From Chrysemys picta bellii (lineage: Eukaryota): a DNA stretch of 64,000 bases. Below the pieces are notes generated by a model. That model was given only the letters and a program-made list of their open reading frames with translations, was not told the origin of the DNA and made no database searches. Made by a program: the position numbers and the translations under genes. Below are positions 25,550-36,809 of the stretch, piece after piece (the stretch's first letter is position 1; each line of letters opens with the position of its first letter). Location: contig NC_088802.1 in the NCBI RefSeq assembly GCF_011386835.1, positions 54,622,001 through 54,686,000 on the forward strand. Reading direction: 5' to 3'.

Positions 25550-26617
25550 CACACTGCGGGGGTTCCTCGGGGCCTGTCCTGCATCCCCTTCTCTCCTCCC
25601 TCTGTACCTGGGTGATCTCCTCCGCAAACCCCCGTTCAGCTGCCATCTCTGTGCTGCCGACACACGGATCTGCCTCTGCTCCAGCCTGTCTCCTGGCCAA
25701 ACGCAGATCTAGCCCTGTCTCTCTGACAGCTCCCCAGGGGTGTCCGGCCACCCGCCCGAGCTCAGCATGGCTCTTCACCATCTTCTCCCCGCTACCTCCT
25801 GTGTTGATCAATCATGCCTGTCACTCAGGCCCGCACCTGGGTGTCCTCTTCACCTGAAACCCCTCGACAGTGGCTCCCATCCAGCCTGTGTCTAAATCTC
25901 GCCAGTTCTCCCTGCCTGACGTCCCTGAGCTACGGCCTTGCCTTTCCTGTCCATCCACACAGCGAAACCTCTCGCTCCGGCACTCGCCAGCTTGCATCTC
26001 GATCACCGCAGCGTCCTTCTCTCTGCTCTTCTCTCTTCTCTCGTCCCCGCTCGGCTCCATTCTGAATGCTGCTGCCACGATCCTTTTCCTAGCCTGGTGC
26101 TTGGACCGTGGCACCCGTCTCTGTGCATCCGGCCACCTCTTCTCTGGCACATCACACGGAACTACTTGTCTCCACGTTCAAAGCCCTTCACTGTCTGTCC
26201 CCACTCTCCCTCTCAGGAGCTATCAGCCCATGAGCCCAGCCTCCGGCGCCCCCTTGCGTTTTCAAACCAGCCCCTTTGTGCTTTCTCCCACGCTGCCCCT
26301 GGAGCTTCGGAGGAGCTCCCTGAGACCATCCACAAAGCTCCCTCTTCATCCTCCTTCCCCGCCCTCCTCAGAACGCCCCCTTGCTCGGAGGCCAGTGGGA
26401 AAACTTGGCAATGGCTCCGGAGCTGGTGAGCTGAGTGCACTATGCGTCCTGCCGACCAGTACTGGCTCCCCGTGCTCCCCGCTCGTGTGTCTGGATCCAC
26501 CTGTTGTCTCTTGTCTCGTACTCAATCCCTGCCTCAGACAGCTTTCGCGCCATCTTGGACCTGTTTGTACAGCACCTAGCGCAGCGGGGTCCTGGCGCTA
26601 CGGCCGTGCACGGAATA
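25550..26617 (+). mobile_element. Old LINE-2 (L2) 3' fragment with decayed RT C-terminus
   Basis: Frames give PVTQAR.LG, PFLSIHTAK, ILNAAA.I.FL and LLVSTFKALH.LSP, plus an L2-like tail tgtttgtacagcacctagcgcagcggggtcctgg. Many frameshifts. Confidence 0.8.
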
Positions 26618-28584
26618 GTCTGTCCTGATGGCCAACGAGGCTGGGAAGGGTCTGCACATCTGCCCGGCGAGGTCCCCGCTCACGAGGAGTGCAGCGGTGG
26701 GGATTGTGGGGCAGAGCTGAGGGGTGAGGAAGGCAGGGTGAAGGAGCGAGCCCAGGATGGGAGTAACAGGGGAGCTGCTGACTACGACTCAGATGCGTCG
26801 GCCAAACAGTTTGGCTCAGCTGCAGCGCCGCTGACAGCCGAGTCAGCGCGTTGGCACAGTCTCATTCCCACGGTAACGTACCCGGGGGCCACAGGGCTCT
26901 CTGGAACGTGCCCGGGAATCCCCGGGAGTCTCATGCACGGGGGGAGGCAGGCACAGGGTCTGCCATCCTTATCCCCAGTGGTGGGGCAAAGGGCATGGTG
27001 CCCTGTGCCAGCCCGTTAGATGGCACCTGGGGAGATTTCTGTTGGCAGGCTCTGGACCATTGGCCATGGAACTGGTAGAAGGGAGGGCAGCCTGCCTGCC
27101 AGCGGGGCAGCAGGCCCTGCCCCAGCTGCTGCAGAGTAGAATGGTACTTGCCTTCCCTACAGGCTGTCGGGGCTGGCCTTGGGCCCGGGAGAGCCGAGCT
27201 CGGTGCCCGAGGCGGTGGTTGCTGGTTCTGTGCTTAGCAGGCCTGGGTCCGGGCTGGCGATGGTTGGTGAGAGCTGGTAGGGGCACCTGGACGGATAAAC
27301 CAACAAATAACAGGGTATTAGTGACCCCTCTGGTGTCTGTTTCCCCTTTGTGGGGTGAGCCGAGAGGGGGATGCAGGACTCCTGGGTTCCGTGCCTTGCA
27401 TCTTCCCCGACACGCCGTGTGACCGACACGAGTGGCCTAAGCCAAAGCTCCCAAATGTTCTCAGCCCCCAGGGAGCCAGGGGCTGGCCAGCCACCTGGAC
27501 GGAGCTGAAATCAGCGGGAGCGCTGGAAACCAGGCCCAGGGCATTGCAGGTTGGGCAGAGGCACCCGAATTGGGGGGCTGCTTCTGTTAAGCAGGTGCAA
27601 CACCCCTGGAGATGCCATGGGGGCAGGAACACGAGCACTCGGCAGTGATGCCATCCCGTCCTGTCTCCCTCTGTTTGGAGGAGCACCGGGTCCCGGAGCG
27701 TCTAGCCCTCGTGCTGGGCCTGGCGTCCGGGGAGCGCAGCACGGTGCCGTTGTGCAGGCCGCGTGGAGATGGCAGCCGGCCCCGCTGGAGCGGCGGGTTT
27801 CTTTCAGAGCCGGAGGCAGCGTCGCAGTCAGCTGAGTGACGGATCTAGGTCAGACCCCAGCTGCAGAACTGCTTCTCTGCGGCACCGCGTCGCTAGATGC
27901 CGAGCTGGGAGGTTTTCCAGCAGAGGGGGCTGCTCCCTACAGGCTGATTTCCCCACCCCAAGGCACAGGCAGCTCCCACCCCAGGAGCTGGTGTGCCAGC
28001 TGTGGCGTCTGCCCCTGGCTTGGGGGAGCGCCACGACGCGACCAGCCAGGCCTTTCCTCTCCTGCCCACGCCGTCCGGCCTTGCCCTCGCCGAGCTGTCT
28101 GTCAGATCTCCCGCTGTCATGCCAGCGCCCGTGGTGGCGACCTGGGCACCGGCAGTTTTGCCACTGGGGCAACGTGACCTGCCCTGGGTCGGGTTGGTCA
28201 GCGTGGGGGAAATGTCTGTACGAGGAGCCCCTTTGTTCCCAGGGTGCACTGGGCGCCGGGGCTGGAGAGGCAGAGAAGCAGATGCTCTGGTATGAGCACT
28301 GAGTCACGCCCGGAGCCTGTTCCCAAGGACTCGCCCGGCAGGTCCCTGGGGCTCTGTGACCCCATCCGTAGATCAGGGAGAACCCGCCCCATTGCGAAGA
28401 GCTCTGCTCCTGTCGCTCGTCAGCGGCTTGTTGATTCTCCGTCGCTGCACAGCCCGCCGAGGTGGGCACCGCTCCCACGGGCTCTGTCCTGCAGGGGGTC
28501 CCTTGGGCCAGCGCTGGGTGGGATGGGGCAGCACACGGGCTGCAGGGGCCACGCTCACTGTTCCTGCTCCTCTCCCCTGGGCAG

Positions 28585-28805
28585 GTCTCTGGCACCACGG
28601 TGCAGATGAAGGTGGGGCTGGAGCAGCACCTGGCTCGGCTGAACGAGATCTTCGCCATGCGGGGCGACTATGTGCAGACCCTGAAGTTCCTGCAGCAAAT
28701 GGCTGGCAACATCGTCCTGCAGCTCTCGGGGCTGCCGGTCTGGCAGGACGTGAGCGTTGACCTGATGGCTGTGGCCAGCCAGGTGGGCTACGTGGAGTAT
28801 TACAG
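28585..28805 (+). CDS. TTYH2: TTYH2 coding exon 4 (VSGTTVQMKVGLEQHLARLNEIF...QVGYVEYY)
   Basis: CAG| ... AG|GTGAGC, 221 nt, phase 0 to 2. Confidence 0.97.
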
Positions 28806-30079
28806 GTGAGCGGGGGGGGGGGGGGGGGGCGGATCGGGGTCTGCACTGCACCACCTGGGCCAGGCCAGCACGGCACCGTGGGGCTGGGTAGGGGAGGAGC
28901 CCAGAGCTGCGCCAGGGTAAATTCCTGTCCAGTGCCCTGGCGGGTTGCTGTGGTGATGACACTGCTGAATTGGGGGCTCTGCCGATTGGGGATTTCACCG
29001 TCCTGTTGCAGACATGGCAGGGGAGGGAGTATTGCGGGGGGAGGGGGGAGGAGCTCCCCAGCCAAATGGAGCAGACCCCGGAGCTGTGAGTGCAGCCGTC
29101 CGCAGCGTGCGCCCCACTGCGCTGGAGTTGAGGATTTTAATTGGCTCCTTGGCTCTGGGCAGAGATTCTAATGAGCAGAAACGGGCTGACTTCTCCCTCC
29201 CCTGCAGGGTTAACGAACCAGAATGAAACCGGAGCGCCCGTTGGGCTCCTGCGCCTCGGGAGAGACAGGGTGTGCTCCCCTCCTGCCCCCATGCACCGGC
29301 GCTCCCGCTGGCTCCCCACAGACCCAGCCTGCAGCACCGCCTGTGCCCCACGAGGGCTGCTGCAGCCGTATCCACCAGCCCCACTGCGCCTGGTGTCGGG
29401 AACTGGCTGCACCCGGGGGCTGTAATTGGCGTGTGTGCTCAGCCCCGTCGCTGCCCGGCGCGCTCGGGTTGTATTCAGCGATGCAGCGTCTGACCCGGGG
29501 AGCAGAGAGTTTAGCCTGAACCTCGAGGGGGAGGTGCCTGCAGCTCTGAGCTAGTCTGTGTCCCCCGAGGGAGAGCAGAGGAAACCCCATCCCCTCGGGG
29601 TCTAACGTAGGGAGCTGACCTGGCCTGGCTCCTGGGGTGCTGGACTTGATAGGACCAAATGCGCCTCCATCCCCGCCCACGTGGGCAGCCTGTACACCCG
29701 TCCTGCCAGAGCCAGTGCCGTCCCATCTGCCTCCGTGGCAGGGGGGAAGCCCTTGCTCCGAAACCAGCGCCTGTGGCAGAGGCGTGAAGCGTGCGACAGG
29801 CACAATGGAAGAGCGGCCGGGTCAGGGCCGCGGGTGCACGTCTGTTGCCATCGAGGGGAGAGGCTGAGATCCAGCCAGAGACTGCAGAGCTCCTGCCGTC
29901 CCCACCCTGAGTGTACGAACAGCCAGACTGGGTCAGGCCAGAGTCCATCTCGCCCCATCTCCTGGCGTCCCTGCGGCTGCAGCTCACGTGCTGGCCTCTC
30001 CGGGGGAGTGCGGCTGGCTCTGGGGTAGATGGCCCTCCAGGGACTCTGACAGCCTTTCCCCTTCCTCCCCCGGGCCCAG

Positions 30080-30175
30080 GTGGCTCTCCTACCTCCTGCT
30101 CTTCATCCTGGACCTGATCATCTGCCTCATCGCCTGCTTGGGGCTGGCCAAGCGCTCCAGGTGCCTCCTCACCAC
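30080..30175 (+). CDS. TTYH2: TTYH2 coding exon 5 (WLSYLLLFILDLIICLIACLGLAKRSRCLLT; TM3)
   Basis: CAG| ... |GTGAGT, 96 nt. Confidence 0.97.
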
Positions 30176-31344
30176 GTGAGTAGCCACCTCTGCCCCACTG
30201 TCTGGCGGGGGGTGGGCACTGCCCGTCCGGCCCCGCCCTCCTGCGCTGCGCCGAGGCTGCTGCTAGCTTTGGGAGGGGAGATGGGCACCTGCCCTTCCCC
30301 AGGCCTCGAACTGGCCCTGCGCCTGCCTCCCTTGGGTTGGCACAGGGGGCCTGACGCACTTGCAAGATGGACGTTGCTGCAGCACCGAGAGCCCTGCTCT
30401 GCCCAAGGGTCAGCTCCCCCCGCGAGCAGCAGGACAGCGCCGTTCTAGTCAGTGCTCGGTAAGAGTCATGCACCCCTTCCCAGACTGGGCCAGGGTGGCT
30501 CGTTACAGTGCTGCAATTCCCAGCCCGCCCGTGGCAGACGCCCCCTACCAGAGTGTCCGGCTCAGAGCCCGCCTGGGACAGGAGAGCAGGCAGGATGGAT
30601 CCTTGCAGCGCAGCAGCTCGAGCTGCAAACGGGATAAAGCCAGAGCCCGACTGCAGCGCTTGTTAATAATTCAGCTGTTGAACAGGCCGGTCCTTGGGGT
30701 CACTTGCTGGCTGGCCAGGAGACGGGGAAAAGGCCAGGCGGGCAGCTGGGCATTGCCCTCAATCTCATAGCATGGGCGCTCTCCCTGCATGGCCATCGCC
30801 AGCCCAGCCCTGAGGAGAGCAGCTGTTGCCACTGGCCCAGTCCTGGCACACGAGACCCCGGGGTTGCCCTGGCCAGCAGGGGTGGGCAGCTTGCTGGGTG
30901 CTAGGAGTTATGAGGAGCCAAGGGCCCGGCAGCCATTGTGCATCGTAGCCTGGAATTGCAAGGGGTAGGTGGGGTGCACCAGCAGCAGGAGGGCAGAGGG
31001 TCAAAGTTCCTGACCTCTGAACCCTTACGGGCCACATGCCTTCTCTCAATGGCAAATGGTGGGTTTCCTGTCCCCACATTAGACCATCTGGCTGCACAGG
31101 GCTCCCCTTGGAGCCACTTGGTGCCACTTTGCACCACTCCTTAGTTGCTCACGTAAGCGTGCAAGGCCCCGGTGCAGCGTGGCATGATGGGGACTCGGAG
31201 CAGTGACTCTCCCAAGGTCATTGGTGAGTCAGTGGCAGAGGCCCAGCCCGTGTTCTGTCCAGTCGAGACCACGCCCCCTGCCCTGGCCTGGGCACTGGGA
31301 GATCTCGGGTCCCCGTAACTGAGTTGTCTCCCTTGCTCCCGTAG

Positions 31345-31417
31345 GATGTTGTGCTGCGGGCTGGTGACGCTCATCCTCAGCTGGGCCTCCCTGGCTGTGG
31401 ACACGTCTGCGGCTGTG
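31345..31417 (+). CDS. TTYH2: TTYH2 coding exon 6 (MLCCGLVTLILSWASLAVDTSAAV; TM4)
   Basis: TAG| ... |GTGAGT, 73 nt. Confidence 0.96.
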
Positions 31418-32130
31418 GTGAGTGAGAAGGACCAGAGCGGCTGGCCTCGCAGTGTGTGCCGCAAAGCGGGTGTTAGCAGGAGTAGCTCAAGGCCTGGATC
31501 CCATTAGGACACCACGCAGCTGCTGCCCACTCCCTGGGGAAGCTGGGCCCTCACTGGCATGCAGCTGCCAAATCCCCGTCTCTCTCCCGTGCTTCGAGCA
31601 GGCGCGGCGATGACCCACGGCGGTGCAGGGGCGCGGCGTCTATTGCGTCGGTTTCTCCCCCCTCAGGAACCGGCCCCTGCTCTGCTCTGGGGGGGGGGTC
31701 TAATCCTGCAGCGCCTGGGACTAAATGCAAGATCCCGAGGGTGGTGGTGGCCGAAAGGGGCGCTCCCCCCTCACGCTGGGCACGGGGCCCTGTGCGCACA
31801 AGCTGGCGGCACCATGCAGGAGGGGCTGCACGAGGTGGTGCCGGAGCACGGGTGTAAATAGGGTTCGGAGAGGCCAGAGGAATCGGGCTGGTGTCCGCTG
31901 TGGGAGGCATGGGGAGACCTGCTTAGGGGACAGACACTATAAAACTGGTCCTCCACCATCTGTTAAAATGGGCCCAGTTTTGTGTGTGGTGGAGCTGCTG
32001 TGGCTGGGGCAGCTCCTAGCGACGTGCTCTCCCCCCCCCCCCCCCCACCAGCTGTCGTTTTGCCCCCTGGCCCGGGTGCTTTCCGAGGGGCCGGGCAGTG
32101 CGGTGAGCGTGTGTTCTCTGCTTGTTGCAG

Positions 32131-32200
32131 GGCACCAGTGACTTCTGCGTCGCCCCGGACAAGTTCATCATGAACCTAACTCGGGGCGATCTCAGTGCAG
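32131..32200 (+). CDS. TTYH2: TTYH2 coding exon 7 (GTSDFCVAPDKFIMNLTRGDLSA)
   Basis: CAG| ... AG|GTGACG, 70 nt. Contains the SDFCVAPD Tweety motif. Confidence 0.96.
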
Positions 32201-32754
32201 GTGACGGAATCGCCTCTCTTGTGCGTAGCGCTTAGACACGGGCCCAGCGTGCCTGGCGGGGTGCGGCTCTGGCGCCTGCGGGGACGCCCGTGGGTGGCCG
32301 AGTGGGGTAAGAGGCAGGGCCGTGTAACTTGCAGCCATCGGGGATTCCTTGAGGGCTAACCTCAGCCCTGGTGTAAGCAGAGATAGCTCTCTCCAGCTAC
32401 GCCAGATTGGTGCAAGTTACGCTGCATTGCTGCTCGCGTCCCCACCTGGAGTGGAGCTGAAACCAGCGGGCACGTTGCAGCATGACTTGGCCCGGTGCCG
32501 TCCATGGCAGACAGCCACCAGCAGAGCCGCCCATCCCCGTCTCGTCCAGGCCGCTCGGGAGAGGCGAATGGTTCTCTTGTGCAGAGACGCTGCTTTCCCT
32601 GCTCCCGTGCCGCGGGGCCTGGTACCCTGTTGGTGCTGCGGTGGGTTGTTGGGAGGGCTGGAGGGATCTCTCTGGCTTGGCTGAGAGGTGCCCACGAGGG
32701 GCGGGCCGCACGTCCCCCTGGTTTCCGACGTCTCCCCTTGTGCTTGCCTTGCAG

Positions 32755-32810
32755 AAGTGGTTCACTACTACCTGTACTGCAGCCAGAACCTGAGCAACCC
32801 CTTCCAGCAG
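32755..32810 (+). CDS. TTYH2: TTYH2 coding exon 8 (VVHYYLYCSQNLSNPFQQ)
   Basis: CAG| ... AG|GTACGG, 56 nt. Confidence 0.96.
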
Positions 32811-33330
32811 GTACGGAGCCCCCAGCCCCTCCTGCAGCCCCTCTCCCCAGAGGCCAGCGCCAGAAAGGAAACCAGCCCGTGCCTGGGTGTTCCCCTTGCC
32901 GTGCCTGCGGGGGGTGGGAGGACAGGGGCTGACTCTGCCTAGGATGGGGGCCAGCGTGGAGAAGGGGTTGGTGAGGAGCCCAGTGTCTCCTATGGGAGTT
33001 GGGGCAGGAATGCGGCTCCCGATCCCTTGTATCCCAGTGCTCCAGGCATTGCCAGCGCCAACCACAGCCACAAGACAAGTCCACGTAGGCACCTTGGGGT
33101 GGAAAAATCGAGGCATCAAGCTCTCTTCCCGGGCTTGTTCTGCAGATCCCAGGCCCAGAACGGGCATGGCTGGCACGGGCTGGATTTTCCTCTCCAGGGT
33201 TACAATGCCCAGCTTGGCTTGGCCTTTGGGTCTTGACAGCGTGGGGGTCGAGGGGGGGGTTGTTCTTCCTGCCCTCCTGCGGGTGGCATGGGCAGTGCCA
33301 TAGAACTAGGTCTTGTTTTCTGCCATGCAG

Positions 33331-33423
33331 GCCCTGACCATCTACCAGCGCTCGCTCACCACCATGCAGATTCAGATCCAGGGCCTGATGCAGTTTGCGG
33401 TGCCCCTCTTCCCCACGGCCGAG
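33331..33423 (+). CDS. TTYH2: TTYH2 coding exon 9 (ALTIYQRSLTTMQIQIQGLMQFAVPLFPTAE)
   Basis: CAG| ... AG|GTAAGG, 93 nt. Confidence 0.96.
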
Positions 33424-33809
33424 GTAAGGCGGGGCCTGCGCTGGGCAGTCAGATCCGGGGCAGCGGTGGGGAGGAGAGGCTGCTCCGTGCTTCCTCGTAC
33501 CGGGAACCGAAACCCATCCCGTTCCCTCTGCACAGCGGTGCATGCCACCCGCCGTGTGTGCCCAGCGTTGAGCCCACAGCGCACCTGGCTGCCCTCTCCC
33601 CGGCCGCTCTGCAGGACGGGCACGGCGCCTCCTGGGCTGAGAGCCGGGGAGGGGAGGGAGGCGTTCTAGCCCCACCCTAAATCCTGCAATCCTAACCCCC
33701 CCCCCCCCCAGCCCGTCCTGCGCTGTGCATCAGCTCCTGCCCCCCCTCCCCCACACGCCCACCAGCTGGCCTCAGTGCCTCTGCCTTGCCCCTCCTCTCT
33801 CGGCTGCAG

Positions 33810-33902
33810 AAAGACCTGCTTGGAATCCAGCAGCTACTGAACTCCTCCGAGACCAGCCTGCACCAGCTGACGGCCATGCTGGACTGCCGGGGCCTGCACA
33901 AG
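33810..33902 (+). CDS. TTYH2: TTYH2 coding exon 10 (KDLLGIQQLLNSSETSLHQLTAMLDCRGLHK)
   Basis: CAG| ... AG|GTGGGT, 93 nt. Confidence 0.96.
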
Positions 33903-34053
33903 GTGGGTGGGGCGTCTTTGCCAGGGCATCGGGGCGGGGGGAGCTTTCCCTCCCGTGACATGGCTCACCCTGGGGCTGGCACGGTGCTGCCTGCTAGCCC
34001 AATGGGAGCACGGGGGGAAAGGAGCAAGATGGTGTGGTCTGTCCCCACTGCAG

Positions 34054-34196
34054 GATTACCTGGACGGGCTGATGGGCGTCTGCTACGACGGGGTGGAGGG
34101 CTTGCTCTATCTGGCGTTGTTCTCCCTTCTGGCCACCATGTCCTTCTCCACTCTCATCTGTGCCACGCCGCGGGCCTGGAAGCACTTTGCCGACAG
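34054..34196 (+). CDS. TTYH2: TTYH2 coding exon 11 (DYLDGLMGVCYDGVEGLLYLALFSLLATMSFSTLICATPRAWKHFAD; TM5)
   Basis: CAG| ... AG|GTGGGT, 143 nt. Confidence 0.96.
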
Positions 34197-34599
34197 GTGG
34201 GTTCGGTCCTGGGATTGCGCCGCCGGTGCCCGCTCTAGGGGGAAAGTGGGAGTCGTTTCGCTCCCCACCGCTCTGGGGAGCCAAGCTGTAATGCTGCGTG
34301 TGGCCGGCCAGGCACCATCCGGGAGTATGTGCCCACAGAGGGTGGGTGATCTGGCTCGGTGTCTCCTTGCCCTAGGAGCTGGCTCTCTGAGCCGCCTTTC
34401 CCTGGCACACTGGCTGCCTCTGGCTCCTGGTGAATCCTGGGGAGCGTCGCCGCCTGGGCCTGGGCCCTGAACGCTTCAGGCAGTGGCAGTACCGGGTCAT
34501 GTCTCTTGGCTGGTCCCTTCCTCCAAAGCCATGGCGTCCAGTTGCCGTGGGTTTGCCCTGTGCCAGCTCTCCCAGCCCTGGGGCCCTGCCTTCCCCGGG

Positions 34600-35385
34600 G
34601 AGGTGTAGGGGTGGCGGGAAGAGGGTGGGTTGGTGGGGGGGTGGGAAGAGGGTGGGTTGGAGGGGAGGTGGGGGGGTGAGGGGAGGAGGGCGGGTTGGAT
34701 GGGAGGTGGAGGGATGGCGGGAGGAGGGCGGCTTGGAGGGAAGGGGCGGGAGGAGGGCAGGTTTGGGGGGGGTGGGAAGAGGGTGGGTTTGAGGAGAGGT
34801 GGAGTGAGGGGAGGAGGGCGGGTTTATGGGGAGGGGCGGGGGTGGCGGGAGGAGGGCAGGTTGGAGGCGAGGTTGGGGGTGACGGGAGGAGGGTGGCTTG
34901 GAGGGGAGGGGAGAAGGGGAGGTGGAGGGGTAGCGGGAGGAGGACGGCTTGGAGGGGGAGTGGGAAGAGGGGAGGTTTGAGGGGGGGTGGGGGTGGGAAG
35001 AGGACAGGTTTGAGGGGAGGTGTGGGGAGGAGGGCGGGTTTATGGGGAGGGGCGGGGGTGGCGGGAAGAGGACGAGTTTGAGGGGAGGTGTGGGGATGAG
35101 GGGAGGAGGGCGGGTTTATGGGGAGGGGCGGGGGAGGCGGGAAGAGGACGAGTTTGAGGGGAGGTGTGAGGATGAGGGGAGGAGGGCGGGTTTATGGGGA
35201 GTGGCGGGAAGAGGGCGGGTTTGAGTGGGGGTGAGGGGAGGAGGGCGGGTTTATTGGGAGGGGCGGGGGTGGTGGGAAGAGGGCGGGTTTGAGCGGGGGT
35301 GAGGGTAGGAGGGCGGGTTTATGGGAGGGGCGGGGGTGGCGGGGAGAGGGCGGGTTTGAGCGGGGGTGATGGGAGGAGGGCAGGT
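34600..35385. repeat. G-rich purine tandem/low-complexity array in TTYH2 intron 11
   Basis: Subunits of about 20-25 bp such as gaggggaggagggcgggttt and atggggaggggcgggggtggcgggaagagg, with almost no C on the + strand outside GGCGG. Confidence 0.85.
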
Positions 35386-35602
35386 TTGCGGGTCCTGTTC
35401 TCCACAGAGCAGGCATGAGGCCGGGCGAGCTCGGCCCGGGTTCAGACTCCACGGCCGTGCTCTTGTCACGGTGCCTGTGCTGAGGCTGCCCAGAGAGAGG
35501 CCCCTTTACCGTCCCCGGGGGCTGCCCCCCTGGGCCGGCCGTGCTCCCGCGTCGCCAGAGGGTGACTAACGGGCCGCGCTGCCCCTCCTCCCTTCCTTCC
35601 AG

Positions 35603-35788
35603 GGATCGGGATTACGACGACATCGACGAGGAAGACCCCTTCAACCCGCAGGCCCGTCGCATCGCCACCCACAACCCCACCCGCGGGCAGCTCCGCAGCT
35701 TCTGCAGCTACAGCAGCAGTCTGGGCAGCCAGACCAGCCTGCACCCGCCAGCACAGACCATCTCCAATGCCCCAGTGTCTGAGTACAT
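35603..35788 (+). CDS. TTYH2: TTYH2 coding exon 12 (DRDYDDIDEEDPFNPQARR...TISNAPVSEY)
   Basis: CAG| ... AT|GTAAGG, 186 nt. Confidence 0.96.
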
Positions 35789-36730
35789 GTAAGGCTGCTC
35801 CGTCCTCAACACCCCCCTCGCCCGCTGGGGAACCCCTCCGGGGTGCTGGGTGCTCATGGACTGGCTGTGAAAACCGCACGCTCAGAAACTCCAGTCCTTC
35901 CCCAGCGGGACAGCTAGAGGCACCGGGGCTGCTGCTTGGAGGGGCCTCGGGGGGCTGTTGGGGAGGCTTAGAGCGGATCCTTAAGGCATCAACAGACAGA
36001 AGCACCCCTCCCCATGGGGGGGTGGGGGAATATACAGCTCTCCAGCTCAGAAGGGTGAGAGCCCTGTGCTCGGATCTGGTGTGAAGAGGAAGAAGGCTCC
36101 TGGGAAAGATTGGTGCGGCCCCCTCACCTCTCCGCCCCTCCTTCGCTGTGTCTCGCTTCACTGCTGACTTCTCCCTGGGGGAAGGCTCAGCGCTTGGGGG
36201 GATGTCCTGGGGCAGGGAACTGCTGCTTGGGAGGGATGGGTTCTGTGCCTCACTTGGCTATTGAGTCCCCGTCCTTGGGAAAGTCGCTTCGCCTTGTTGG
36301 CCCCTCAGTAGGAGAGAGAGAGAGAGGACTGATAGGTGTCAGTGTGTAAAGCTCTCTGACCGTGGCATGCACGGTGCTAGAAAACCGCAAACCCCACAAC
36401 CGTCCATGAGTGCTGAAGGCGTTCTCGACCCCACTGTTTGTCTGCTTTACAGCCCTCTGCCTTCCTCCTCCAACCAGTCCCAGAACCAGTCCAGTGTTTG
36501 TAGAGGGCTCTGGAGTGTCCCAGATCCCCTTTGCATGGAGGTGCGGTATCCCACTCCATGACTGTCCTCCGACCCAAGGAGAGAGGGAATTGGCGCACCC
36601 TCCCCCTGGTGCTGCTAAAGACGAGAGCCCTGGGAGATCTGGTCCATTCAGCAGACTTGTCCTTCTGGGGTGGTGCTCGGTCAACGTGTGGTCTCCATCT
36701 CTGAAGGGCTTTTCCTCCATCTCCCCGCAG

Positions 36731-36809
36731 GAACCAGGCTGCGCTCTTCGGTGGAAACCCACGTTATGAAAATGTCCCGTTGATTGGAAGAGGCTCCCCT
36801 CCCCCTACG
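36731..36809 (+). CDS. TTYH2: TTYH2 coding exon 13 (NQAALFGGNPRYENVPLIGRGSPPPT)
   Basis: CAG| ... ACG|GTACGA, 79 nt, phase 2 to 0. Confidence 0.95.

Noticed and set aside
25870-26628. 252-aa ORF
   Set aside because: It crosses L2 frameshifts, so L2 RT similarity switches between frames. It is a fossil, not a gene.
32362-33675. 437-aa antisense ORF over TTYH2 exons 8-9
   Set aside because: GC-rich composition, no recognisable domain and no supporting promoter or splice structure.
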